From positions 2,916,001 through 2,980,000 of the forward strand of contig JASTWF010000036.1 in assembly GCA_030390025.1 (NCBI GenBank): a stretch of DNA of 64,000 nucleotides, written 5' to 3'. Source of the stretch: Squalus acanthias. Lineage: Eukaryota. The position numbers and the translations under genes were made by a program. Numbering within the stretch: the stretch's first letter is position 1; every line of letters begins with the position of its first letter. Positions 36,953 through 48,450 of this stretch are shown here, one piece after another. The notes beneath the pieces are model-generated. The model was not told the origin of the DNA. It was given only the letters and a program-made list of their open reading frames with translations, and made no database searches.

Positions 36953-37903
36953 ATGGCAGGGCAGGTGATGTGTTGCGACTGCAGTATGTGGGAGCTCCTG
37001 GACGCCAGTCTGATCCAGGACGAACACGTCTGCAGTAAGTGTCTGCGGCTTGAGGAGCTTCGGCTCAGAGTTGATGAGCTGGAGGCCGAGCTGCAGACTC
37101 TGCGATGCATCAGGGAGAGGGAAAGTTACCTGGACACTTTATTCCAGGAGGCAGTCACACCCTTTAGGATAGGGTCTTCTGATTTGGTCAGTGGTCAGGG
37201 ACAGGAGGATGTGACTGCGAGTGAGGCAGGTATGGGGACCCAGGAGGTGGAGGAGCCTCAACCTTTGCAATTGTCCAACAGGTTTGAGGTTTTTGCGGCC
37301 TGTATGGATGAAAGCGGTGGCTGCAGGGTGGATGAGCAAACTGACCATGGCACCGAGGTACAGGAAGCCATTCAAGCGGGGGGAGTTAATAGGAATGTAG
37401 TGGTAATTGGGGACAGCATAGTCAGGGGGATAGATACAGTTCTCTGCGGCCAAGAGCAAGAGTCCAGACGGCTGTGTTGCCTGCCCGGTGCCAGGGTTCG
37501 GGACATCTGCTCTGGGCTGGAGAGGAACTTGCAGTGGGAGGGGGAGGAGCCAGTGGTCGTGGTCCATGTAGGTACCAACGACATAGGTAGAACTAGGAAA
37601 GAGGTTCTGCTGAGAGAGTATGAGCAGCTAGGGGCTAAATTAAAAAGCAGAACCTCAAGGGTAATAATGTCTGCATTATTACCTGAGCCACGAGCAAATT
37701 GGCACAGGGTAAATAAAATTAGAGAGACGAATGCGTGGCTCAAAGACTGGTGTGCGAGAAATGGGTTTCAATTCCTGGGGCACTGGCACCAGTACTGGGG
37801 AAAGTGGGATCTGTATCGTTGGGACGGTCTTCACCTGAACCGTGCTGGGACCAGTGTTCTGGCGAGTCGTATAACTAGGGCGGTAGAGAGGGCTTTAAAC
37901 TAA
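36953..37903 (+). CDS. CR1 ORF1p: Zn finger/leucine zipper + SGNH esterase
   Basis: Intact 316-aa ORF: CxxC...CxxC, heptad leucines, IGDSIVR, HVGTND, DGLHLN. Confidence 0.92.
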   Translation: MAGQVMCCDCSMWELLDASLIQDEHVCSKCLRLEELRLRVDELEAELQTLRCIRERESYLDTLFQEAVTPFRIGSSDLVSGQGQEDVTASEAGMGTQEVEEPQPLQLSNRFEVFAACMDESGGCRVDEQTDHGTEVQEAIQAGGVNRNVVVIGDSIVRGIDTVLCGQEQESRRLCCLPGARVRDICSGLERNLQWEGEEPVVVVHVGTNDIGRTRKEVLLREYEQLGAKLKSRTSRVIMSALLPEPRANWHRVNKIRETNAWLKDWCARNGFQFLGHWHQYWGKWDLYRWDGLHLNRAGTSVLASRITRAVERALN

Positions 37904-37914
37904 ATATTGGGGGC

Positions 37915-40900
37915 ATGGGATCAAATTTGGGAAGATGTGGTAATTCAAAGATTAGAGACAAGGTAATAGAGAAAGGTATTAATCTGGGAAATGATAAACA
38001 GACCGTGACAGGAACGGATAGAGAGTACAATTCTAAGAGTAAATCAACAGATAAGGCTCGAGGTTACAAAAATAAAACAAGGACAAAACTAAAGGCTCTG
38101 CATCTGAATGCACGTAGCATTCGAAACAAAACAGATGAACTGATAGCGCAAATAGAAATAAATAAATATGATCTGATAGCCATTACAGAAACATGGCTGC
38201 AGGATGACATAGATTGGGACCTGAATATTGAAGGGTACATGACATTTAGGAAGGACAGGAAGGTGGGAAAAGGTGGAGAGGTGGCTCTGTTAATTAATGA
38301 TGGTATTAGCACAATAGAGAGGGATGACCTAAGTTCAGGAAACCAGGATGTAGAAGCGGTTTGGGTAGAGATGAGAAATAATAAAGGCAAGAAATCTCTT
38401 GTGGGAGTGGTGTACAGGCCCCCTAACAGTAACCACATGGTAGGATGGAGTATAAAGGAAGAAATAATGGGAGCTTGTCAGAAGGATACGGCAATAATCA
38501 TGGGAGATTTTAATCTGCATATGGACTGGAAAAATCAGATGGGCCAAGGTAGCATAGATGAGGAGTTCATGGATTGTTTTCGGGATAGTTTCTTACAACA
38601 GCACGTTCTGGAGCCAACCACAGAGCAGGCTATACTAGACCTGGTATTGTGCAACGAGATAGGATTAATTAATGACCTCATAGTGAAGGCGCCCCTAGGT
38701 AGCAGCGATCATAATATGATTGAATTTTACATTCACAGAATCACAGAATCCCCACAGTGCAGATAGAGGCCATTTCGGCCCATCGAGCCTGCACTGACAC
38801 ATATCCCACCCTATCCCCGTAACCCCACGTATTTAATCCCCCTAACACTAAGGGTCAATTTATCATAGCCAAATCAACCTAACCCGCACATCTTTTGAGA
38901 GAGAGAAGAGTGGGACCAAAACTAGTATTTTAAACTTAAATAAGGGCAATTATGAGGGCATGAAAGCAGAGCTAGCTAAAGTGAACTGGCAAATTAGGTT
39001 AAGGGATAGGTCAATAAAGTTGCAGTGGCAGACATTTAAGGGGATATTTCAAAATACACAGAATATATACATTCCAACAAGAAAGAAAAATTCCAAGGGG
39101 AGGACCCACCATCCGTGGTTAACTAAAAAAGTTAAAGATAGCATTAAACTTAAAGAAAAAGCATATAATTGCGCAAAGATGGATGGCAGGTCAGAAGATT
39201 GGACAGAATATAAAAAACAGCAAAGAATGACTAAAAGATTAATAAGGAGAGAAAAATTAGAGTACGAGAGAAAGCTAGCTATAAATATAAAAACAGGTAG
39301 TAAGAGTTTCTATAGATTATTTTAAAAAGAAAAGAGTTAACAAAGTGAGCGTTGGTCCTATAAAAAGTGAGTCTGGGGAATTAATAATGGAAAATAAGGA
39401 GATGGCAGTTGAATTGAACAGGTATTTTGCATCGGCCTTCACTATAGAGGATACAAGTAACATCCCAGAAATAGCTGTAAATCAGGAAATGGAAGGGAAG
39501 GAGGAACTCAAGAAAATTATAATCACCAGGGAAGTGGTACTGAGCAAATTGTTGGAGCTGCGGGCTGACAAGTCCCCGGGTCCTAATGGACTTCATCCTA
39601 GGGTCTTAAAAGAAGTGGCGAGTGAGATAGTTGATGCGTTGGTTTTAATTTTCCAAAATTCCCTAGATTCGGGGAAGGTTCCATTAGATTGGAAAATAGC
39701 AAATGTAACTCCTTTATTCAAAAAGGGAGGGAGACAGAAAGCAGGAAACTACAGGCCAGTTAGCTTAACATCTGTCATAGGGAAGATGTTAGAAGCTATT
39801 ATTAAAGACGTTATAGCAGGGCACTTAGAAAAGTTCAAAGTAATCAGGCAGAGTCAACATGGTTTTGTGCAAGGGAAATCATGTTTAACCAATTTATTGG
39901 AGTTCTTTGAGGAAGTAACATGTGCTGTGGATAAAGGGGAACCGGTGGATGTACTGTACCTAGATTTCCAGAAGGCATTTGATAAGGTGTCACATCAAAG
40001 GTTATCGTGGAAAATAAAAGCTCATGATGTAGGGGGTAACATACTGGCATGGATAGAAGATTGGCTAGCTAACAGGAAACAGAGAGTAGGCATAAATGGG
40101 CCATTTTCTGATTGGCAAGATGTAACGAGTGGTGTGCCACAGGGATCAGTGCTGGGGCCTCAACTTTTTACAATTTATATAAATGACTTGGATGAAGGGA
40201 CCGAAGGTATGGTTGCTAAATTTGTTGATGACACAAAGATAGGTAGGAAAGTAAATTGTGAAGAGGACATAAGGAGGCTACAAAGGATATAGATAGGTTA
40301 AGTGAGTGGGCAAAGATCTGGCAAATGGAGTATAATGTGGAAAAATGTGAAGTTGAACAGTTTGGCAGGAAGAATAAAAAAGAAGCATATTATCTAAATA
40401 GTGAGAGATTGCAGAGCTCTGAGATGCAGAGGGATCTGGGTGTCCTAGTGCATGAATCGCAAAAGGTTACTATGCAGGTACAGCAAGTAATTAGGAAAGC
40501 TAATAGAATGTTATCGTTTATTGCGAGGGGAATTGAATACAAAAGTAGGGAGGTTATGCTTCAGTTATACAGGGCATTGGTGAGACCACATCTGGAGTAC
40601 TGTGTACAGTATTGGTCTCCTTATTTAAGGAAGGATGTAAATGCGTTGGAAGCAGTTCAGAGAAGGTTTATTAGGCTAATACCTGGAATGGGCGGGTTGT
40701 CTTATGAGGAAAGGTTGGACAGGCTAGGCTTGTATCCGCTGGAGTTTAGAAGAGTAAGAGGTGACTTGATTGAAACATATAAGATCCTGAGGGGTCTGGA
40801 CAGGGTGGATGTGGAGAGGATGTTTCCTCTTGTGGGAGAATCTAGAACTAGGGGTCACTGTTTAAAAATAAGGGGTCGCCCATTTAAGACAGAGATAAGG

Positions 40901-41040
40901 AGAAATTTTTTCTCAGAGGGTCGTGAGTCTTTGGAACTCTCTTCCTCAGAGGGCGGTGGAAGCAGAGTCTTTGAATATTTTTAAGGCAGAGGTAGATAGA
41001 TTCTTGGTAAGCAAGGGGGTGAAAGGTTATCGGGGTTAGG
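37915..41040 (+). pseudogene. CR1 ORF2 (APE-RT), disrupted
   Basis: LNARSI, ITETW, YRPP, GDFN, SDH; NYRPVSL, DFQKAFD, GVPQGS, FVDD; frameshifts near 39325, 40290 and 40910, plus a SINE insertion. Confidence 0.93.
38735..38893 (-). mobile_element. 5'-truncated HE1-type SINE inside CR1 ORF2
   Basis: Reverse-complement match to 17965-18110, with a different CR1-type tail (ATTCTGTG)n. Confidence 0.85.
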
Positions 41041-41188
41041 CGGGAATGTGGAATAATCAGATCAGCCATGATCTTATTGAATGACGGAGCAGGCTCGAAG
41101 GGCCGAGTGGCTTGCTCCTGCTCCTAATTCATATGTTCGTCTGTAAGCTATTTTGGTATCATCAAATTTTCCCTGCGTCTTAACTAAT

Positions 41189-41846
41189 GGGCCTGAATTT
41201 GCGATCGGATGCCTCCTATCATCAAATTTTCTACGCATTTACCTGGTGGTCCGGGAGATACGGAGGCTTGTGATCCTGGGCCTCTCCCGGTAGAAATGCG
41301 TAGAGGCCCACGTATCCCAGGGGCGCATGCGGTTCGCAAGCACCCCTGGGATTACGTGGGTCAGTCCAACCAATGAAAGAAGGGAATCCCCATTCATACT
41401 TATGAGGTTTCCGTACGTACGGAACTGTCATAAGTATGAATGGGGATGACTTAAAAAATACACGAACACATGAAATAAATGTTTTTTAAATATGACATGT
41501 ATAAAATTAATTAAAATGGCATTTAATTAAATATTTTAAACAAAAATTTAATTTTTTATGTTTTAACAGGGCTAAAAATAAACTTACCTTATTGGACAGG
41601 GTTTTTAATGTATAAGTGAGTGATAACATTTTATTTTTCTATTTTTAAAAACTCTTATGCTGGTTTTACCAGGCGTAAGAATTCCTCGGCCTTTCAGTAG
41701 GCGGAATTTGGGCAAATAGCGCAACTCTCCACCCGCAGAGGCCCTTTTCCCAGGGATGCGGAGGATCTGTCAAGAAGAATCTTGCGTGGCCCATACGGGC
41801 GCGTGCGCACCTCGTACGCACCCGTCGGGGTCGCAAAATACGGCCC
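41189..41846. mobile_element. Harbinger-type MITE (family shared with 61563-62216)
   Basis: TIR GGGCCTGAATTTGCGA / TCGCAAAATACGGCCC; flanks AAT/ATT; AT-rich core. Confidence 0.82.
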
Positions 41847-42829
41847 ATTCTTTCTGAAGCATTTTGCAGCTGGCACGCGTAATTGCTTTATTTCTTGGTG
41901 CAGCTCCAACTGTTGGTTGGCAGCTAATCTAGGTTCTACCTGTAGGGTGCCTAATTCATTTTTCAATCTCTCTACCTCTGCCTGTAGCACTTGAGCCTGG
42001 CTATTCTGTTTCGTGGATTTCTCGTTCAAACTAGTTATTATTTGCACCATTGCCATCATGCAATTGGCCTTTCTTGCTTTCTTATTTTTTTCATTTATAT
42101 TTTGACTGTCACACTTAATTGTAAGGTCTCCATAAGGGTCATTTGTGTTACCCTCCTCAAAAGGTCCTTCTCTACTGTGCTTTTGGACATAACTTTCTAC
42201 CCACAACCTCCATGATAATACTCTTCTATTATCGTTTAACATGTTATTTTTAAAGCTGTTCTCTGTGTGGCCCTCTCCTCTTGAACTCGGCCTTTATCAC
42301 ACTTCACTGTAAGGTCTCTATATAGGTCACTGTTACCCTCCTTAAAAGAGTCATCCTTCCCGAGTGTGCTTTTGGACATAACCTTCTGCCCACAACATCC
42401 ACGATAATATTCCTTTATTATCGTTTATTTTTACAGCTGTTCCCGATTTGTCCCTCTCCTTCTTGGACTCGGCCTTTATTGGAGGTGATCAGTCTCCAAT
42501 TTCCCCACTTACAACAACCTCCCCTTTCCTATGATGCCTATAAGAGATTGAGGACTATATGATTAGCACAGTGATCTCCCAGCCACTGTCACGTTAAAAT
42601 ACCATATAACTTGGTATCTGCTGTACTCCCTTATCAATTGGATAATGATATTACTCACACGTGTATGTGTTCTTTATCCTGAGTCCTGCTGTGTCGCCTT
42701 GGTTTGCCGACGGTGGAAGTAGTCTACCTCCTGCCCCAGAGCTCGTTCGCGAATGAGTTCTTGATGGTTGAGGTTCAACTTCAGTCCGATCTCGACGCCC
42801 CCGGTTTTCAAACAGCAACAGGATCAGGT

Positions 42830-42848
42830 CCTTCGCTCGGCTCGCCCA
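42830..42848 (-). promoter_or_regulatory. Putative degenerate primer-binding site (possibly tRNA-Arg type)
   Basis: TGGGCGAGCCGAGCGAAGG immediately follows the LTR end ...ACAACA. Confidence 0.5.
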
Positions 42849-43968
42849 TGTTGTTTTACACAGTCTTCTGTTGTCCAGTTGAGTAGTAAAGAATTCGGTC
42901 TTATGGTTCAATCACTTTATTTTTCCTACAACATAAAAAAAAATCTTCAGAGTATAACGCAGTTTACAAGCGGAGTTTTGTCAGCAGTTCTGGGTGTAGG
43001 CATGCACTCAAGAAAGGTTTCTCTCTTTCTTCTCTCTACTTAACATAAAAGCTTCTTTCGTTATGCACTATTCTCTTTATCAAACTGGAAGTGGCCTGGC
43101 CTTATTTGGTAGTCTCTGGTCAAATGCACCGTTCTTCAGCCGATTATTACGCACAGAAGTTTACATTTCTCGTACATCAACATTCGGTAGCTTACATTCA
43201 ATCTACTGCCCTTCAACCAATTTGTACTTCAACATCCCCTTGCGAAGGTTGCAATGGCATGTGGTGGGATGTTTACAGTATGGCAATACAAAAACCTCCC
43301 AAGGCCTTACTTTAATCTTGAACACCGGCTGTTGCTAAGTGAAATCTGTATCTCTCTCTCTAATGATGCCAACCACTTTTTTGCCCCTATACTGAATGAA
43401 CTAAACATGAACACCTTTCAGAAGCTGAATTAACCAAGTTCCATATGCCAACAATTAAAACTTGCTGAACTCAAAAGACTTGTTGGAGAAAACTAAGAGT
43501 TTACTTTCTTCCTAAATTTATTTACACAAGTTGCAGCCTGAAAGTCTTTGCAGTTGGAGTCAGTGAAAGGGACGGTCTCTCGCTCTCTTTTACTGCCACC
43601 TAAATCGAGCTTTGCCTGTCGGAGTCCGACACCACCATCATCGTGCTTGCCAATCAAGCCTCCAAATTACTGTGCAAAGTGATCAATTGTCACTCACACT
43701 CAGTGAGATCAGCACTGATTTCTGTAACTGTGACTAACTCGGAGTAAGAGCTGGGGACTGCTCTTACCTAACGCAATGAAAGAGGGCTGTCTTATCCCAG
43801 TTTTCCTTGTCAGTACAATTTGCCTAGATAGCATCAGGTCATTCTCAATTTATAGTACATGGGTTTTGATGGACTGTAAACCTGGGAATGCTCCTTAACT
43901 TCAAAGACAACCTCTGTTTATTATTGGAGGTTGTAAGAAATATGTACTCACTTCCACAAACCATGACA
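42849..43968 (-). mobile_element. 5' LTR of the gag-bearing element
   Basis: Minus strand TGTCATGG...AACAACA, with AATAAA about 65 nt before the end; followed by a PBS-like sequence and a GTGAGTAA splice donor (42651-42658). Confidence 0.6.
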
Positions 43969-44199
43969 CATTTAATACCCTTCAAAGCATTTTAAAGATG
44001 TGCAGATTGCATATAATGCATGTTTGGTACTGAGAACATTGACCCACCACTGAATTGCCAGCATGAATTATATAACAATATATTTTATATAGATATATAT
44101 ATATAAAACATAGAGCATCCTGCTGATCAGCTGCAAATTCTGCAGAAAAGATTATCATCCTTTATTGAGAACTTCAACATGGATCAATGACACGGAGTT

Positions 44200-44495
44200 C
44201 TCTGGCAATCCAAGAGTGCACTAAGATCCAGTAACAGTACAAAAATATCCAGCCCCTCCCAGAAAAAGTTTACAGTATAAATGGCATTGAATTCTTTACC
44301 ACAAGTGGCTATTGAAGCCGGGCAAATCACGACATTTACGAGGGAATTGGATAAATCACTTGAAGAAAAATATTCAAGGGCATGAGGAAAAACTAGGGGA
44401 GTAGGGGTGAGAGTGGATAGTATTGATGTCGAGCTAACACCAACACAGGCACGATGGGCCAAATGGCTTCCTTCTATGCTTAAATTTCTATGACT
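44200..44495 (+). mobile_element. Old CR1 3' fragment
   Basis: GATGGGCCAAATGGCTTCCTTCTATGCT...TTCTATGA tail. Confidence 0.7.
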
Positions 44496-44761
44496 GTATC
44501 TTCTAAAAGAAAAAACAGATTCAGTTGAAGGGATTCATTAAAATGGCAAACGGGGTTCTATGTATGTCGTTGGACTCCGATTTGCACCTAAAAGTGGCCT
44601 AGTGCCTGGCTCAGGTGGGTGGTGCTGCCAGCAAGCAGTAGGCCCGAGGGAGGATTGCAGCGGCCACAGGGACAGCGGGAACGCCCACTTTACCCACCAT
44701 TTACAGGGCACTACTGCCCTGTTTCTGCCGGGTGAGAGACCTCAAAATATCCCCCATTGAG

Positions 44762-44839
44762 TTTGGCTCAGTTGGTAGACTCTTGCTTCTAACCCAGCAG
44801 CTTGTGGGTTCGTGCCCCACTGCAGGACCTTGAGCACAT
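44762..44839 (+). mobile_element. SacSINE1-type tRNA head fragment
   Basis: TGGCTCAGTTGG...GTGGGTTCGTGCCCCACT, similar to 4288-4350. Confidence 0.65.
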
Positions 44840-45252
44840 GAGCTGGGATTGTTCTCCTTAGAGCAGAGAAAGTTAAGGGGTGATTTAATAGAGGTGTTTG
44901 ACATTATGAGGGGTTTTGATAAGAGTAGATAGGGAAAAACAGTTTCCATTGGCAGGAGGGTTGGTAACTCAGAGGACACAGATTTAAGGCAATTGGCAAA
45001 AGAACCAGAGGGGAGATGAGGAGATTTTTTTTTTTTACGCAGCGTGTTGTTATGATCTGGAATGCACGGCCTGAAAGGATAGTGGTAGCAGATTCAATAG
45101 TAACTTTCAAAAGGGAACTGAATAGGGAACCAAATGCAGGGCTATGGGGAAAGAGCAGGGGTGTGGGACTAATTGGCTAGCTCTTTCAAAGAGCCAGCAC
45201 AGACACGATGGGTCAAATGGCCTCGTTCTGTGCTGTATCATTCGATGATCTA
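44840..45252 (+). mobile_element. CR1 3' fragment
   Basis: LGLFSLEQRKLRGDLIEV-coding sequence and CR1 tail. Confidence 0.88.
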
Positions 45253-45463
45253 GGCTAACAGTTTATTGCAGCACTGTGGGAGTAGCTTGTTCAAAATGCT
45301 GCTTTTTGAATGCGATGCTGAAACGCTGTCATCTAGTGGTGGAGCTTATTGGAAACCCATCTGATGCTTTTCATATTCATAAGAACATAGGCAGGTTTAA
45401 TTTCCTCTTGTAGCGCACTACTTAGCTCGTTTTCTTAAAATTCCTTTCTGCACTATTTTACAC

Positions 45464-47773
45464 ACATCACTCTAGTAACCTAACTTCCCCCATCAATGCC
45501 CATCACTCTAGTACCCTAACTCTCCCATCGAAGCCCATCCCTCCAGTACCCTAACTCTTCCATCAAAGCCCATCCCTCTAGTACCCTACTTCTCCCGTCG
45601 AAGCCCATCCCTCCAGTACCCTACCTCTTCCATCAAAGCCCATCCCTCCAGTACCCTAACTCTTCCATCAACACACATCCCTCTAGTACCCTACTTCTCC
45701 CGTCGAAGCCCATCCCTCCAGTACCATAACTCTTCCATCAAAGCCCATCCCTCCAGTACCCTAACTCCCCCATCAAAGCCCATCCCTCCAATACCCTAAC
45801 TCCCCCATCGAAGCCCATCCCTCCAGTACCCTAACTCCCCCATCGAAGCCCATCCCTCCAGTACCCTAACTCCCCCATCGAAGCCCATCCCTCCAATACC
45901 CTAACTCCCCCATCGAAGCCCATCCCTCCAGTATCCTACCTCTCCCATCGAAGCCCATCTCTCCAGTACCCTAACTCTCCCATCGAAGCCCATCCCTCCA
46001 GTACCCTAACTCTCCCATCGAAGCCCATCCCTCCAGTACCCTAACTCTCCCATCGAAGCCCATCCCTCCAGTACCCTAACTCTCCCATCGAAGCCCATCC
46101 CGCCAGTTCCCTGACTCCCCCATCGAAGCCCATCCTGCCAGTACCCTAACTCTCCCGTCGAAGCCCATCCCTCCAGTACCATAACTCTTCCATCAAAGCC
46201 CATCCCCCAAGTACCCTAACTCTCCCATCGAAGCCCATCCCTCCAGTACCCTAACTCTTCCATCAACGCACATCCCTCTAGTACACTAACTCCCCCATCG
46301 AAGCCCATCCCTCCAGTACCCTACCTCTTCCATCAAAGCCCATCCCTCCAGTATCCTACATCTCCCATCAAAGCCCATCCCTCCAGTACCCTAACTCTCC
46401 CATCAAAGCCCATCCCTCCAGTACCCTAACTCTCCCATCGAAGCCCATCCCTCCAGTACCCCAACTCTCCCATCGAAGCCCATCCCTCCAGTACCCCAAC
46501 TCTCCCATCGAAGCCCATCCCTCCAGTACCCTAACTCCCCCATCGAAGCCCATCTCTCCAGTACCCTAACTCTCCCATTGAAGCCCATCTCTCCAGTACC
46601 CTGACTCTCCATCGAAGCCCATCTCTCCAGTACCCTAACTCTCCCATCAAAGCCCATCCCTCCAGTACCCTAACTCTCCCATCGAAGCTCATCTCTCCAG
46701 TACCCTAACTCTCCCATCAAAGCCCATCCCTCCAGTACCCTAACTCTCCAATCGAAACACATCCCTCCAGGACCCTAACTCTCCCATCGAAGCCCATCCT
46801 TCTAGTACCCTAACTCCCCCATCGAAGCCCATCCCGCCAGTACCCTACCTCGCTCATCGAAGCCCATCCCTCCAGTACCCTAACTCCCCCATCGAAGCCC
46901 ATCCCTCCAGTACCCTAACTCTCCCATCGAAGCCCATCCCTCCAGTACCCTAACTCTCCCATCGAAGCCCATCCCTATTGTATCCTAACTCGCTTATCAA
47001 CGCACATCCTTCTAGTACCCTAAGTCCCCCATCAAAGCCCATCCATCTAGTATCCTAACACTTCCATCGAAGCCCATCCCTCTAGTATCCTAACTCTCCC
47101 ATCGAAGCGCATCCCTCTAGTATCCGACCTCTCCCATCGAAGCCCATCCCTCCAGTACCCTAACTCTTCCATCAACGCACATCCCTCTAGTACCCTACCT
47201 CTCCCGTCGAAGCCCATCCCTCCAGTACCATAAATCTTCCATCGAAGCCCATACCTCCAGTACCCTAACTCTTCCTTCGAAGCCCATCCCTCCAGTATCC
47301 TAACTCTCCCATCGAAGCCCATCCCTCCAGTACCCTACCTCTTCCATCAAAGCCCATCCCTCCAGTACCCTAACTCTTCCATCAACACACATCACTCTAG
47401 TAACCTAACTCCCCCATCAAAGCCCATCCCTCTAATACCCTAACTCTTCCATCAACACACATCACTCTAGTACCCTAACTCCCCCATCAAAGCCCATCTC
47501 TCTAGTATCCTAACTCTCCCATCGAAGCCCATCCCTCCAGTACCCTAACTCTCCCATCGAAGCCCATCCCTCCAGGACCCTAACTCTCCCATCAAAGCCC
47601 ATCCCTCCAGTACCCTAATTCCCCCATCAAAGCCCATCCATCTAGTATCCTAACTGTCCCATCGAAGCCCATCCCTCTCGCACCCTAATTCTCCCATCGA
47701 AGCCCATCCCTCTCACACCCTAACTCTCCCATCAAAGCCCATCCCTCGAGTACCCTAACTCTCCCATCGAAGC
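45464..47773. repeat. 35-bp minisatellite, about 66 copies
   Basis: Consensus CATCCCTCCAGTACCCTAACTCTCCCATCGAAGCC; units start at 45781, 45816, 45851. Confidence 0.97.
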
Positions 47774-47859
47774 TTGTTCTAGTACTAACTGCCAGCCCTA
47801 TTTGTGTCCCTATTACCTCACCTGGCAGATTATTTCAAACCTTTATCACTCCAAGTAAA

Positions 47860-48070
47860 GACGTAATCAGACAAAAATTGACACCAAGCCACATAAGGAG
47901 ATATTATGACAGGTGATCTGAAAGCTTGGTCAAAGAGGTAAGTTTTAAGGAGCTTATTAAAGGAGGAGAGAGAGGCGGAGAGGTTCAGGGAGTGAATTCC
48001 AGAGCTTAGGGCCCAGGCAGCTGAAGGCACGGCCGCCAATGGTGGGGCGAAGACAATCAGGGATGCACGA
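47860..48070 (-). mobile_element. L2 3' fragment
   Basis: Matches 22395-22610. Confidence 0.85.
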
Positions 48071-48450
48071 GCACTAATCATTCCATTGCCTTCACCAGGC
48101 AAATATTTTCACAAGAAAGTTAGCAACTGTATTTGTCCGATCTTCTTATTACACTCAATGCTACTTAATCTCACAGCTTGTCCTCGATTTTAATGGAGGA
48201 GGCGGGATGGAGTCGGGTTGACTGGTGGGCGGGTTTCAGACATGCTGCCGGTTTCAGCCACTCCCGATGTCCCATTTTGATTTAATTGGGCCAATTAGTC
48301 CCGTGGTGTGCGCTGCCTGCTGCAATGCGTAGGAGCGGGTCTGTTGGTCTGCACTGATGAGGTCTCTGCTGCACTTGTTTTTAAGGGCTCCATGTAGCCT
48401 CAGCCTTTCATTTCTCGTTACTGCTGCATCTTGAATGGGCCAAGGTGACC

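Larger units (their letters stand above)
36677..41144 (+). mobile_element. Full-length CR1 LINE
   Basis: 5' UTR, ORF1, ORF2 and CR1 3' tail; flanked by AAGCT at 36672-36676 and 41145-41149. Confidence 0.93.
35790..42560 (-). pseudogene. gag-like gene of an LTR retroelement/ERV, split by MITE, CR1 and SINE
   Basis: Reading frame rejoins across insertions: coiled-coil region (41850-42240), KTQGKFDDTKIA|FLTPALLELW, KKIKELKVRVAAL, acidic patch, PTAP, then LPKYEGIGDPTQLRSKIRLLQQAYALTDEDAFLLL; lies downstream of an LTR and PBS. Confidence 0.62.

Noticed and set aside
44762..45252. tRNA head fused to a CR1 3' end as a new chimeric SINE
   Set aside because: Single instance with no enclosing TSD; more simply a CR1 fragment adjoining a truncated SINE.
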